A stretch of DNA of 64,000 bases from contig DASPNQ010000227.1 of the NCBI GenBank assembly GCA_035626435.1, positions 64,915 to 128,914 on the forward strand. Reading direction: 5' to 3'. Under the pieces are notes generated by a model. The model did no database searches and was not told the origin of the DNA. It was given only the letters and a program-made list of their open reading frames with translations. This document shows positions 46,354 to 56,479 of this stretch, piece after piece. Position 1 is the stretch's first letter. Every line of letters begins with the position of its first letter. The position numbers were made by a program, and so were the translations under genes. The stretch is from Vicinamibacterales bacterium (lineage in GTDB: Bacteria; Acidobacteriota; Vicinamibacteria; Vicinamibacterales; UBA2999).

Positions 46354-47549
46354 CGCCGCGCGGCCGCCAGCCCTGCGGCGCGGCCTGTCGCCCAAGCCCA
46401 GGAAAAGTTGTGACCCCCGATGGGTCCGAAGGCGTCGAGCATTTCGCCACAAAGATACAGCCCGGCGACCCTCCTGCTCTCCAGAGTTTTGGTGTCGACT
46501 TCGTTCAACTGAACCCCGCCGCCGGTCACTTCCGCCTTCTTGTAGCCCTCGTTACCGGTCCACGGCAGCGCGTACGCCGTCAACGCGTCAATCAAGGCGA
46601 GGCGCTCGGTTCGTTTCAGCGCGCTGGTGCGGCGATCGCCAGGGATGCCGGCCTCGCCAATCACATGATGGGCCAGCCGCTCCGGTAGATGACGGCTGAC
46701 AATGCCGGCGATGGGCGTGGACGGCGCCTCGAACGCGCGCGTCCAGTCGCCTGCGGACAGCGCCGACCATTGGACCCGAATCACCGGTTTGCCCGATCGT
46801 GCGGTGAGATGAGAGACGTCGAGCACACTGGGGCCACTGTAACCGCGGTGCGTGAAGAGAAAGCCGCCGTTCGCTTCGAACGGCTTCGGTGTGCGTGCAC
46901 GGAGCCTGACGTGCAGCGACACGCCGGCCAGCGAGTCGTGCGTGCCGTTGCCGAGCAGCGGCGTCAATGCGGGATACGGGTCGATCATCGCGTGGCCGAG
47001 ACGCTGCGCGATGGCCAACCCGCCGCCATCGCTACCCGTGGCCGGTACCGACAATCCGCCGGTCGCGAGGACCACACGGTCGCACTCGATCGCGCCGGCT
47101 GACGTGGCGACGGTGAACCCTGATGCCGTCGAAATCACATCGCTGACCCGGGTATCGAACTGCATGTTGACGCCATTCGACCGGGCAAACGCCACCAAGC
47201 CATCGCGCACGTCTTTCGCGCGATTCGACCGCGGGAACAGCTTGCCGGACTCCTCTTCGAGCGCCAGCGGGATCTGCAACTGCTGTTCAAAGAACGCGCG
47301 CTGTTCATGAAGCGGCCATGCTCGAAGCATGGCGCGCAGCAAGTGCGGTGGTGAATCGGTGACGAACCGACCGGGCGCGAGCACCGACGGCAGGACGTTG
47401 CAGCGCCCGCCACCGCTGATCAAAATCTTGCGGCCACCGTCGGCGGTGCGTTCGATCAGGGTGGTGCGCGCGCCTCCGGCTGCCGAAAATGCGGCGGCGA
47501 CCAGGCCGGCGGCGCCCGCGCCGACGACGGCCACCGAAAGCGGGTTCAT
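46350..47549 (-). CDS. HI0933/BaiN-family FAD-binding flavoprotein
   Basis: VAVVGAGAAGLVAA...GRKILISGGGRCNV...LYLCGEMLD, typical of this family. Confidence 0.8.
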   Translation of the reverse strand: MNPLSVAVVGAGAAGLVAAAFSAAGGARTTLIERTADGGRKILISGGGRCNVLPSVLAPGRFVTDSPPHLLRAMLRAWPLHEQRAFFEQQLQIPLALEEESGKLFPRSNRAKDVRDGLVAFARSNGVNMQFDTRVSDVISTASGFTVATSAGAIECDRVVLATGGLSVPATGSDGGGLAIAQRLGHAMIDPYPALTPLLGNGTHDSLAGVSLHVRLRARTPKPFEANGGFLFTHRGYSGPSVLDVSHLTARSGKPVIRVQWSALSAGDWTRAFEAPSTPIAGIVSRHLPERLAHHVIGEAGIPGDRRTSALKRTERLALIDALTAYALPWTGNEGYKKAEVTGGGVQLNEVDTKTLESRRVAGLYLCGEMLDAFGPIGGHNFSWAWATGRAAGLAAARR

Positions 47550-47637
47550 GACGCCACTAATTTACCGTGGCCGCCTCGGCTCCGGTGCCGGTATCGGACC
47601 ACGTCCGGATCGGTCTAAAGTATTTCCGGTTGCCGTC

Positions 47638-48351
47638 ATGAAGAACCTGTTGCTTGCCGTTGCTGTGACTTTCAGTGTCGTTGCGGATGCCGCTGCCGAC
47701 GATCGTGTTCTGGGACTGCTGTCGCTGCCCGAAGTGTTTGGCAGCGGCCCGTGCGCGAAGTTCACGCCGCAGGACGTGCCACTCTTCTCCGCGCCGAACA
47801 ACGCTCAGCCGATCGCCGTGATTCGCGTCGATCAGCAACCATCATTTGCGCCGCATGGCGGCTGCGAGGGGCTCGAAGTCAGCGTGCACATGGGTAAAGC
47901 GCGCGAGGAGTTGCCGACGCGCGAGTACGACTACGAAATGCCTGCCGCGATCGTCCTCGACCGCCGCGACGGGTGGTTCAAGATCCGGCTTCGCGACGAT
48001 CGCTCGGCGTGGCTGAAGGCGTCGGCGATCGATCGATTCATGCCGCTGTCCGATCTATTCGAGGAGTTTGCGGGTTTGACGGCGATCAACAGCGGTTTCA
48101 CCGGCCGGCTACTGGCGGCGCCCGCCGCGCTGGCCGGGCCGATTTTGCCGCGTGTCACTGCGGCGCAACCGGTGCGAGTGGTGGAGATCCGCGAGCGAGC
48201 GGGCCAGTCGTGGCTGCAGGTCGAAGTGTTGAGCAACTCCGCCTGCACCGCGGGAGCTCAGGGGCCGCCCGAAGTGATTGCGACCGGCTGGCTGCCAATG
48301 CACATGGAAAGCGGCGAGCCCACGGTCTGGTTCTCGTCGAGAGGGTGTTAG
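47638..48351 (+). CDS. secreted protein, unknown function
   Basis: Internal ATG 47638 gives signal peptide MKNLLLAVAVTFSVVADAAA. The upstream part of track ORF 47329.. is antisense to the flavoprotein gene. Confidence 0.55.
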   Translation: MKNLLLAVAVTFSVVADAAADDRVLGLLSLPEVFGSGPCAKFTPQDVPLFSAPNNAQPIAVIRVDQQPSFAPHGGCEGLEVSVHMGKAREELPTREYDYEMPAAIVLDRRDGWFKIRLRDDRSAWLKASAIDRFMPLSDLFEEFAGLTAINSGFTGRLLAAPAALAGPILPRVTAAQPVRVVEIRERAGQSWLQVEVLSNSACTAGAQGPPEVIATGWLPMHMESGEPTVWFSSRGC

Positions 48352-48352
48352 C

Positions 48353-48376
48353 GCGGTCCGGCAGGGCGCGGACCGC
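48353..48376. terminator. GC-rich hairpin in a convergent gap
   Basis: gcggtccg-gcagggcg-cggaccgc. No T tract on either strand. Confidence 0.3.
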
Positions 48377-48400
48377 CAATCACCACAGGCTCCGCCGCCT

Positions 48401-49855
48401 TTAACGGAACAGCTCGTCGACGCTGACGAAGTTGACCGGGCCGAGGTTCAGTTTGCGAATGTCGCCCTCGATCGCGGCGCGGTCGCCGACGATGACCACG
48501 GCCATCTTGTCGGGTTGGATGTAGCTCGCCGCGAGCTTCTGCACGTCGGCCGCGGTCACCCGGGTCACCGCCGAAACGAAATTCGCATACGTGTCTTCGG
48601 GCAGGTTATAGACCACGAGATCCTCGAGCTTGCGTGCCAGATCACCGGTGGTCTCGAACTCGCCGGGAAAACCGAGCGCGACGTAGTTCTTCGCCTTTTG
48701 CAACTCCGCGTCAGGCACCGGCTTCAGGATCGCGTTGAGCTCGTTGAAGAACTCGGCCACGGCAGGACCGGTCTTGTCGGTCTGCACGCCCGCCGCGGCC
48801 AGAAACGGCCCCGCCGAGATCCGCATGTCGAAGGCGGAACTGGCGCCGTAGCTGTAACCGTTCCTCTCGCGAAGGTTCTGATTGAGCCGCGACGTAAATG
48901 ACCCGCCGAAAATCGTGTTGAGGACCTGCAGCGCGGCATAGTCGGGCGTCGATCGCGGCACGCCGATCCACCCGATGCGAATCTGCGATTGTGCGGCGCC
49001 GGGTTTGTCAACGATATAGACCTGGCGTGATTTGAGCTGCGGCGCGAGCGGGACCTCGGCGACGAGTGGCTGGACGCCGTTTGCCTTCCATTCACCAAAG
49101 CTTTTCTCGAGCATCGGCAGGATCGAGGCCGGCGTGACAGCGCCGACCACCAGCAACGTGGCGTTGTCCGGGCGATAGTGGGCGCGATAGAACGTCTGGA
49201 GATCGGCAATCGAAAAGGCCTCGATCGCGGGACCCAGGCCGTTCGCCGATGTTCCGTAACGGTGTGTCGGCCCGTAGAGGACGCGGGGAAATGCGAGACC
49301 GATCAACGCCGCTGGATTGTCGCGCGCCTGCAGCAGGTTGGTGAGCCGCTCCTTCTTCAGCCGATCGAGCTCCGCCGCAGGGAACGCCGGTCGCAGCGAT
49401 ACGTCCGCCATCAGCGGCAACGCGGCATCGAGTTTCGACACCGGCACCGACAGGCGGACCGCCGAGTAATCGAACGAGCTGGTCGTCGTGAGGTTGGCGC
49501 CAAGAAATTCGAGGGCGTCAGCCAGGTCGAGTGCCGAGCGCGTGCCCGCGCCCTCATCGAGCATGGCGGCGGTCAGACTGCCGATGCCGTACTTGCCGAT
49601 TGGATCGGCGGCGCTGCCGGAGCGGACGATCAGGTTGATCTGCGCGAGCGGCACTTCGTGGTGCTCGACGATCCAGACGGCGAGGCCGTTCGACAGCCGC
49701 TGTTTCTGGATCGCGGGCATCTTCAACGACGGCGCCGGGCCCAACGCGGGCGGTTTGCTGCGATCGGGCTTTCCCTGCGTTGGCGCGGCGGGCACCTGCG
49801 CAGTCGTTGCGGCCGCGGTTGCGGCCATCATCAATCCAATCAGGAATTTCGTCAC
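48401..49855 (-). CDS. M16-family peptidase, non-catalytic (beta-like) subunit
   Basis: GTG 49853-49855 overlaps the upstream stop (GTGA), and a signal peptide is present. Insulinase fold, but no HxxEH at the expected position (GIGSLTAAMLDEG). Confidence 0.75.
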   Translation of the reverse strand: MTKFLIGLMMAATAAATTAQVPAAPTQGKPDRSKPPALGPAPSLKMPAIQKQRLSNGLAVWIVEHHEVPLAQINLIVRSGSAADPIGKYGIGSLTAAMLDEGAGTRSALDLADALEFLGANLTTTSSFDYSAVRLSVPVSKLDAALPLMADVSLRPAFPAAELDRLKKERLTNLLQARDNPAALIGLAFPRVLYGPTHRYGTSANGLGPAIEAFSIADLQTFYRAHYRPDNATLLVVGAVTPASILPMLEKSFGEWKANGVQPLVAEVPLAPQLKSRQVYIVDKPGAAQSQIRIGWIGVPRSTPDYAALQVLNTIFGGSFTSRLNQNLRERNGYSYGASSAFDMRISAGPFLAAAGVQTDKTGPAVAEFFNELNAILKPVPDAELQKAKNYVALGFPGEFETTGDLARKLEDLVVYNLPEDTYANFVSAVTRVTAADVQKLAASYIQPDKMAVVIVGDRAAIEGDIRKLNLGPVNFVSVDELFR

Positions 49856-51189
49856 TGCTTCGCCTCCGGCACTACGCTGAGCTCCACACGGCGATCCTGC
49901 GGCAGGTATTTGGCGACGGCGTCCTTCACCCCGTCGGCCGTGACGGCGCGATACCGGTCGAGATCCTTTTGAAAGTAATCGGGCTGTCCGGTGGCCTTGT
50001 AGTACGCGTTCAATTGATCCGCCTTGCCGTTGACGCGCTCCATGCCGCGATAAAAGTTCGCTTCGATCTGATTGAGCGCGCGGGTCATCTCGCGCGCGTC
50101 GGGGGCGGTCGTCCGCAGCGTGGCGAGCTCCTCGTCGATCACGGCCTGGATCTTGTCGAGCGCCACGCCGGGCCGGGCCGTGGCCATGATGGTGAAGTTG
50201 CTGCCGAGCGCCATCGATTGCTGGAACGCGTTGACGTCCTGGGCGATCTGCAGGTCGTAGACGAGGCGTCGATACAGCCGTGAATTCTTGCCCCCGGTCA
50301 GCAGGTTGGCGACGATGTCCATCTCGGCGTCGCCGGGCTTCAGCAGCGCCGGCGTGTGCCACGCGAGGTAGAGCCGCGGCAGCTGCACGCGATCGGTGAT
50401 CGTGTGTTTCTTCACCCCGTCCAGGGCGACCGGCGGCGCGGTCAGCGGCGGCACCGGCTTACCCGCGGCCACGTCGCCGAACCATTTCTCCACCAGCGTT
50501 CGGGTGTTGGCGATGTCGATATCGCCGGCGATGACCAGACTCGCATTGGACGGCACGTAATACGTGCGGAAGAAGCGCGCGACATCCTCGAAGCTGGCGG
50601 CGGTCAAGTCCTCCATCGAGCCAATCGTCGACCAGCTGTAGGGGTGGCCCTTCGGATAGAGGAGCGCCGGCAACTCGATGAAGGCTTGTCCATACGGCTG
50701 ATTGTCGACGCGCTGACGTTTCTCGTTCTTCACGACATCGCGCTGGCCGTTGATCTTGTCCGGCGACTTGTCGTCGAGCAGGAACCCCATGCGATCCGAT
50801 TCAAGGAACAACGCCAGTTCGAGCGCGTTCGACGGAATGTCTTCGTAATAGTTGGTGCGATCGTTGTTGGTCGAGCCGTTGTTGTTGCCGCCGGCGGCCT
50901 CGAGCCAGGTGTCGAATGAGCCCTCGGGCACGTGCATCGAGCCTTCGAACATGACGTGCTCGAACAGGTGCGCAAAGCCGGTGCGGCCGGGCCGTTCGTT
51001 GGCTGAGCCGACGTGGTACCAGACATTCACCGTCACGACGGGCACGCTGGTGTCGCGATGCAGAATCACGTTCAGGCCGTTGGGCAGCTTGAACTGGGTA
51101 AACGGCACCGACAGCACGGGCGTTTGCTGTGCGGCCATGCCGACGCTGGCGGCCAGGAGTAACGCCGTAACGGAAAGCAGACGGGTCAT
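49852..51189 (-). CDS. M16-family zinc peptidase, catalytic subunit
   Basis: Signal peptide. Inverted zinc motif HLFEH in GFAHLFEHVMFEG. Confidence 0.85.
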   Translation of the reverse strand: MTRLLSVTALLLAASVGMAAQQTPVLSVPFTQFKLPNGLNVILHRDTSVPVVTVNVWYHVGSANERPGRTGFAHLFEHVMFEGSMHVPEGSFDTWLEAAGGNNNGSTNNDRTNYYEDIPSNALELALFLESDRMGFLLDDKSPDKINGQRDVVKNEKRQRVDNQPYGQAFIELPALLYPKGHPYSWSTIGSMEDLTAASFEDVARFFRTYYVPSNASLVIAGDIDIANTRTLVEKWFGDVAAGKPVPPLTAPPVALDGVKKHTITDRVQLPRLYLAWHTPALLKPGDAEMDIVANLLTGGKNSRLYRRLVYDLQIAQDVNAFQQSMALGSNFTIMATARPGVALDKIQAVIDEELATLRTTAPDAREMTRALNQIEANFYRGMERVNGKADQLNAYYKATGQPDYFQKDLDRYRAVTADGVKDAVAKYLPQDRRVELSVVPEAKQ

Positions 51190-51198
51190 GCCCCGATT

Positions 51199-52110
51199 CT
51201 ATTTCTTACGGATCGTATCGAGCATTTCGATTGCGGCTTCGGAAATGGCCACGACCGCCGGGTGTTTCAAGCGCCTTTCCACGGAAATCGCGAAATAGCG
51301 CTCGCGAACGTCATCCAGCCGTCCCACGACCGTCACACCAAACTGCCGCATTACTTCTTTTTCGAGGACCGTCGGCGCGACGAACAGACCTGTCCCGGCC
51401 TGGCCGAAGGTCGTCAACAGCGCGCTATCGTCGAGCTCGGCCACGATGCGGGGCCGGATTTGCTGCTGCTCGAAAAACTGATCGAGCGTGCGCCGCAGCG
51501 TCTTGCCGACGGTCGGCACGAGAAACGGCGCGCCGTCGAGCGAGCGGGGAAAGTTCTTGCGGCGCGGCGCCGCCAGCTTCGCGGTGCCGAACACCGTCAC
51601 CGGCGTCTCGCCGAGCGGGTGGCTGAACACCTTGATCTTGATCGACGGGGCGACCGGCGTGTCGGCAATCACGAGGTCGAGCGCATGCGTAGCGAGATCC
51701 GTGAGCAGGCGTTCGGGCGCTCCGTCGCGGCAGACGATGTGGACGGGCTGTTCGAGCCTGAGCGCGGGCTCGAGCAGACGATACGCGATGATCTTGGTGA
51801 CCTCGTCGGCGACGCCGACCTGGAATCGCATCGGCCGGCCGGTGGGCCGATCCTTCAGCGTGTCCATCAACTCGCGGCCCAGGCTGAAAATGTCGTCGGC
51901 ATAGCGAAAGACGACACGGCCCATATCGGTGAGGACGAGATTGCGCCCGGAGCGCAGGAACAGTTTTTCGCCGAGCTGTTCTTCGAGCGCGCGGATCTGC
52001 CCGCTGATGGTTGGCTGCGCGAGACGCAGCTCGATACTCGCCCGCGCGATCGTGCCCTCGCGAGCCACCGTCCAGAAATAGAGAAGGTGGTGGTAGTTCA
52101 GCCACTCCAT
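51199..52110 (-). CDS. LysR-family transcriptional regulator (NhaR-like)
   Basis: N-terminus [51 protein letters not shown] closely parallels the NhaR HTH. Confidence 0.8.
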   Translation of the reverse strand: MEWLNYHHLLYFWTVAREGTIARASIELRLAQPTISGQIRALEEQLGEKLFLRSGRNLVLTDMGRVVFRYADDIFSLGRELMDTLKDRPTGRPMRFQVGVADEVTKIIAYRLLEPALRLEQPVHIVCRDGAPERLLTDLATHALDLVIADTPVAPSIKIKVFSHPLGETPVTVFGTAKLAAPRRKNFPRSLDGAPFLVPTVGKTLRRTLDQFFEQQQIRPRIVAELDDSALLTTFGQAGTGLFVAPTVLEKEVMRQFGVTVVGRLDDVRERYFAISVERRLKHPAVVAISEAAIEMLDTIRKK

Positions 52111-52112
52111 CG

Positions 52113-52220
52113 TCAGTCAGCAGTCAACAATCGGCAGTTCACAGTTGCAGTCTTGCCGTCGACAGTCCCAGTCGGCCAGTCGGCCAGTCGTTCAGTCGAG
52201 TCAGAGAGTCTTTCAGTCAC
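52113..52220. repeat. degenerate CAGTC-word repeat (CAGTC family, related to 39094-39275)
   Basis: cagtcagcagtcaacaatcggcagttcacagttgcagtc...gacagtcccagtcggccagtcggccagtcgttcagtcgagtcagagagtctttcagtcac, in the divergent LysR / purE spacer. Confidence 0.9.
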
Positions 52221-52246
52221 GGAGTGTATACTTTGCATTTCTAGAC

Positions 52247-52735
52247 GTGACTGAAAATCCGCTTGTCGCCGTGATCATGGGGTCGACATCTGACTGGGAC
52301 ACGATGTCTCATGCCGCGGACGTGCTCGAACGGTTCGGCGTGCCATTCGAGAAAGACGTCGTCTCGGCGCATCGCACGCCGGTGTGGATGGCGGAATTCG
52401 CGCAAGGCGCGGAAGCGCGGGGCATCCAGGTGATCATCGCCGGCGCCGGCGGCGCCGCGCATCTGCCTGGGATGGTCGCCTCGCACACGATCCTGCCGGT
52501 GCTCGGCGTGCCGGTGCAGAGCGCGTCGCTGCAAGGGCTCGACTCGCTGTTGTCGATCGTGCAGATGCCGCGCGGTGTGCCGGTCGGCACGCTTGCGATC
52601 GGCAAGACCGGAGCCGGCAACGCCGGCCTGCTCGCCGTCAGCATCCTCGCCACGACACGGCCGGAGTTGCGCGAGCGGCTGCGGCAATTCCGCGCCGAAC
52701 AGACGGCCAAGGTGCGCCAGGACACACTCCCGTGA
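52247..52735 (+). CDS. purE: N5-carboxyaminoimidazole ribonucleotide mutase
   Basis: [11 protein letters not shown]...SAHRTP...[14 protein letters not shown]...LGVPV. GTG 52247 chosen. The track start 52145 lies inside the repeat array. Confidence 0.9.
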   Translation: MTENPLVAVIMGSTSDWDTMSHAADVLERFGVPFEKDVVSAHRTPVWMAEFAQGAEARGIQVIIAGAGGAAHLPGMVASHTILPVLGVPVQSASLQGLDSLLSIVQMPRGVPVGTLAIGKTGAGNAGLLAVSILATTRPELRERLRQFRAEQTAKVRQDTLP

Positions 52736-53865
52736 ACCGTATCGTGTTGCCCGGCGCCACCATCGGCGTGCTGGGCAGCGGACAGCTCGGGCGGATGCTC
52801 GCGCTCGAGGCGCGGCGCATGGGGTATCGGGTCCACACCTTGTCGCCCGGCGTCGATACGCCGACCGGCCAGGTGGCGGATCTCGAGGTGAGTGCCGAGT
52901 ACGACGACATCGAAGCGATCCGCGCGTTCGCCCGCGGCGTCGACGTGGTGACGTTCGAATTCGAGAACGTCTCGACCAACGCGGCTGACGCCGCGGCCGA
53001 GCTCGTGCCGGTGCGGCCGAGCGGCGCGGCGCTGCATATCACGCAGCAACGCGCGCGCGAGAAGGCATTTCTTGCGGATCGCGGCTATCCGGTCACGCCG
53101 TTCGCCAAAGCGCAATCGCTCGACGAGCTCGCGGTCGGCCTGGGCGCGATTGGGCTGCCGGCGATCGTCAAGACCGCCGCGTTCGGCTACGACGGCAAAG
53201 GCCAGCACCGCATCGATCGCATCGAGGACGGCGAGCGGGTGTGGGGATTAATCGGTCACCAGGAGGCAATCATCGAGCGGCTCGTCAAGTTCACCCACGA
53301 GATCTCGGTGATCGCCGTGCGCGGCCTCGATGGCGAGTTCGCGCATTACGGCGCGGTCGAGAACCTGCATCGCAATCACATTCTGGATCTGTCGGTGGCA
53401 CCCGCGCGTGTCGACGCCGGCGTCGCTTCTGAGGCGGTGCACCTGGCGCATCGCGTGCTGGACGACCTGGGTTACGTCGGCGTGTTGTGCGTTGAGTTTT
53501 TTGTGACGGCGGATGGCCGCGTGCTGGTCAACGAAATCGCGCCACGGCCGCACAACTCAGGCCATTTCACCATCGATGCGTGCGTGACCTCGCAGTTCGA
53601 GCAGCAGGTGCGAGCGGTGTGTGGCTTGTCGCTCGGCGATCCCACGCAGATCAAGCCGGCCGCGATGGTCAATCTGCTTGGCGACTTGTGGATCGACGGC
53701 GAGCCGGACTGGGCCGCCGCGCTGGCCCTTGCCGATGTGAAACTGCATTTGTACGGAAAGGGCGCCGCGCGTGTCGGCCGGAAGATGGGGCACATCACCG
53801 CACTGGGCGACACCGTCGACGAAGCGGTGGCCAAAGCACTGGCGGCGAGGGAGGTGCTCTGCTGA
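52732..53865 (+). CDS. purK: N5-carboxyaminoimidazole ribonucleotide synthase
   Basis: The GTG overlaps the purE stop (GTGA). [15 protein letters not shown]-grasp N-terminus and [12 protein letters not shown]. Confidence 0.9.
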   Translation: MNRIVLPGATIGVLGSGQLGRMLALEARRMGYRVHTLSPGVDTPTGQVADLEVSAEYDDIEAIRAFARGVDVVTFEFENVSTNAADAAAELVPVRPSGAALHITQQRAREKAFLADRGYPVTPFAKAQSLDELAVGLGAIGLPAIVKTAAFGYDGKGQHRIDRIEDGERVWGLIGHQEAIIERLVKFTHEISVIAVRGLDGEFAHYGAVENLHRNHILDLSVAPARVDAGVASEAVHLAHRVLDDLGYVGVLCVEFFVTADGRVLVNEIAPRPHNSGHFTIDACVTSQFEQQVRAVCGLSLGDPTQIKPAAMVNLLGDLWIDGEPDWAAALALADVKLHLYGKGAARVGRKMGHITALGDTVDEAVAKALAAREVLC

Positions 53866-53866
53866 C

Positions 53867-53930
53867 GATCGTTCTACGGGCGTTCTACGGGGGTTCTACG
53901 ATCGTTCTACGATCGTTCTACGGGCGTTCC
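53867..53930. repeat. tandem repeat of GTTCTACG units x6 (spacers GG(G) or AT)
   Basis: cgatcgttctacgggcgttctacgggggttctacgatcgttctacgatcgttctacgggcgttcc. Fills the convergent purK / acylase gap, and the acylase stop (53918-53920) lies inside it. Confidence 0.95.
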
Positions 53931-56374
53931 ATGGCGGGAACCAGTGTGAGCGTCGACACCGTGGCGCCGGGCATGAAGGGGGTCGGGTCGCCGTTGAGCC
54001 AGGCGCGGTATTGGTCGCCGTAATGTGGCGACAACGGGTGGCCGCTCTGGCCGGTCGGGATGTGCAGGATGCCCTCATGTTCGCGGCCGGGTGAGACGAC
54101 CATTCGTTGCGACGGACCGGTTCGCGGCGTGCTGGCGCGTGGGGTATAGACATCGCCCGGCAGCGGCGCGCCGGGCATGTTGAGATAGTTCCCGAAGATT
54201 GGGATGGCGGATGCAAGCGGATGACGGATCTCCGCGGTGTTCGCTTCACCCCAGGTGCGCTCCGCCAGCGTCTTGCTCCGTTCGATCAATTGCTCGATCG
54301 TGATGTCGACCGCCGCAAGGACCGCCTGGTCCCACGACTGGTATTTCGGATCGAGCAAATGCGCGGGCCGCTCGGTGAGAATCTGCCAGACAGGCCCTTC
54401 ACCCCGCAGCAGTCGCGTGTAATCGAAATCAGGATCGACTGCCGCCGCCGCCGCCGTCAGTGACGTCATCACCGCGCGCACGAACGTCGTGCGGAATTCC
54501 TTGACCAAACGGTAGCCCACTGAGTCCGTTGACGCCCTGCCAGTCCAGCTCGATGCCACGAGCCGCCTGAACTCGTCGCGTCGCGCCGCGCCCGGCGACG
54601 CAGATTGGGACCCAGGCGCGGGGATGGTATTGAGCAGCAACGCGCGCCACCGCTCGAGAAACAACGCGCGATCGTCGAGCTGGATGTCAAGCATGTCCCG
54701 CGGCGTCGCTTTGTCGATTCGCAACAATCGATCGCGAATCAGCCGCGCGCGGATGGCATCGGCGTAGCCACCCTCTCCAATCCTGGCCAGCATCCGGCCG
54801 TCGACGACGGGCGCATTTGCGGACCAGAGACGGCCGTCCGCTGGATCGATGATGCGCGGGAATTCAGCCGCATCGAGATAACCATCCCATCGATGTGATC
54901 CGTTCACCCATGATTCCGGGGTGAAGCCGTTGTGTCCGACGCGCCGCGGGATCACGCCGCCAATCGTCCAGCCGATGCGGCCAGTCCGATCGACCATCGC
55001 CACGTTTTGATTCGGCATCCCGAGGCCAGCGACGGCAGTCATCAGCTCCTCGACCGTTCGCGCGCGCTCCGGCCTGGTGACATCCGAAGCGAGGACGCGC
55101 GGATCGTGCGCGACCCACCGTTGCGCATATTCGCGGCCGCGCCGGTCCTTCCAGATGACGGGTCCCCAGATTGTCCACTCGACGCGCGCGGTCCTTTCAG
55201 CGGCGCCCTTGACGACGATTGTCTCGTTGAAGATTTGGAACGACGCGGCGCCGTTGGGCGTGAGGTATTTCGACGCGTCTCTGGGATCCCGCTCGATGCG
55301 AACCAGGTCACTCCAGTCGCCGCCCGTGTTCGTAAACCCCCAGGCGACGTGGCCATTGCTCCCGACGACCAGCCCGGGGATGCCGGGCAGTGTGACGCCG
55401 GCCAGTAGTTGCTTGGCGGTTAGCTGAGCGGCATCGGGAAAAATCATCGACGCGCGATACCAGATGATCGGCACCCCGATTGACAAGTGCATGTCGTTGG
55501 CCACCATCGCCGCACCGGACGCAGAGCGCTCGGCGTCGACCGCCCAGTTATTCGAGCCAAGGCTGGCTGTCAGCACGGCTTCGTCATCGACGTGCGCGCG
55601 GACGCTGGCAGCCTGATGACGACTGAGGCGTTTGGACGCCGTTGGCGCGACGCGACGGACATCGAACACATCGGGGCCGGGTATGGGCGGACGCTCAATC
55701 GCGGTGCCGATGACCGGCGTGTCCCACTCGGATCCAACGGTCGACAGGAAGCGAAACATCGGTTCCGGCAACGAGTCGCGAAGCGCGCCGTGCGAGCGCT
55801 CGAACAATGCCTGGCGCCCCTGCAATGTGTTGAACATCGCGAGCACCGTCAATATCGAATCCTCGGGCAGCCAGCGCTCGGGCTCGGCGCGCAGAATCAG
55901 GTACTCGAACGGCGGCGCGTCAAGCGCGTCGAGGCCGGCATTGACCCCGTCCGAGTAGGCTTCGAGTACGCGGCGATAGGACGGTTCCGACAATTCGACC
56001 GCGCGGCGCGCGACGTCTCGGAAGCGATGCACCCGGATCTCTTCGTCGACGGCAATCGCGCGTGGACCGACCAGTGCGGCCAGCTCGCCGGCCGGCTGCC
56101 GTCGCTGCAGGTCCATCTGAAAGAAGCGATCCTGCGCGTGAAGAAAGCCGAGCGCGCGCGCCACATCCTCGCGGGAAGCGCCGGTGATCGTCGGGATACC
56201 AAGAGCATCGCGCTCGATGGTGGCGTTCGCCCGCAGCCCGCTGATCGCGACCGTGCCGTCGAGGCGCGGCAGGCTCGCACGCATTCGCGAACGGGCGTAG
56301 ACGGCGCCGCCGACGATCACGACGGCGAGACCGATGAGCAGGAGGAGCAGACCGCGGACCATCCACCCGAACAT
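53918..56374 (-). CDS. penicillin/AHL-acylase-family Ntn hydrolase
   Basis: ATG 56374 gives a TM/signal anchor MFGWMVRGLLLLLIGLAVVIV. Autoproteolytic nucleophile context LGSNNWAV. Total length about 818 aa. Confidence 0.8.
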   Translation of the reverse strand: MFGWMVRGLLLLLIGLAVVIVGGAVYARSRMRASLPRLDGTVAISGLRANATIERDALGIPTITGASREDVARALGFLHAQDRFFQMDLQRRQPAGELAALVGPRAIAVDEEIRVHRFRDVARRAVELSEPSYRRVLEAYSDGVNAGLDALDAPPFEYLILRAEPERWLPEDSILTVLAMFNTLQGRQALFERSHGALRDSLPEPMFRFLSTVGSEWDTPVIGTAIERPPIPGPDVFDVRRVAPTASKRLSRHQAASVRAHVDDEAVLTASLGSNNWAVDAERSASGAAMVANDMHLSIGVPIIWYRASMIFPDAAQLTAKQLLAGVTLPGIPGLVVGSNGHVAWGFTNTGGDWSDLVRIERDPRDASKYLTPNGAASFQIFNETIVVKGAAERTARVEWTIWGPVIWKDRRGREYAQRWVAHDPRVLASDVTRPERARTVEELMTAVAGLGMPNQNVAMVDRTGRIGWTIGGVIPRRVGHNGFTPESWVNGSHRWDGYLDAAEFPRIIDPADGRLWSANAPVVDGRMLARIGEGGYADAIRARLIRDRLLRIDKATPRDMLDIQLDDRALFLERWRALLLNTIPAPGSQSASPGAARRDEFRRLVASSWTGRASTDSVGYRLVKEFRTTFVRAVMTSLTAAAAAVDPDFDYTRLLRGEGPVWQILTERPAHLLDPKYQSWDQAVLAAVDITIEQLIERSKTLAERTWGEANTAEIRHPLASAIPIFGNYLNMPGAPLPGDVYTPRASTPRTGPSQRMVVSPGREHEGILHIPTGQSGHPLSPHYGDQYRAWLNGDPTPFMPGATVSTLTLVPAMERP

Positions 56375-56479
56375 GACCAGGATTGTATCGAGACGCACGG
56401 TGCGCCTGAAGGCCGACCAGGCACTGCAATCGCAACCCGCGGATCGTGGACCGCGGCACCAGTGGCGTATCGTGCGGTC

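Noticed and set aside
48401-50362. Full 653-aa track ORF for the second M16 gene, and similar over-long ORFs 41185-42450, 45391-46452, 17587-20454, 10282-12795
   Set aside because: In each case the 5' part overlaps the upstream same-strand gene. A start codon at the 4-nt GTGA/ATGA junction, or just after the upstream stop, yields a sensible N-terminus (signal peptide or first domain).
55487-56479. Upstream 331 codons of the 690-aa track ORF (Ada)
   Set aside because: This part is antisense to the acylase gene. Ada-type proteins begin with the zinc-finger region, which starts near 56480-56520.
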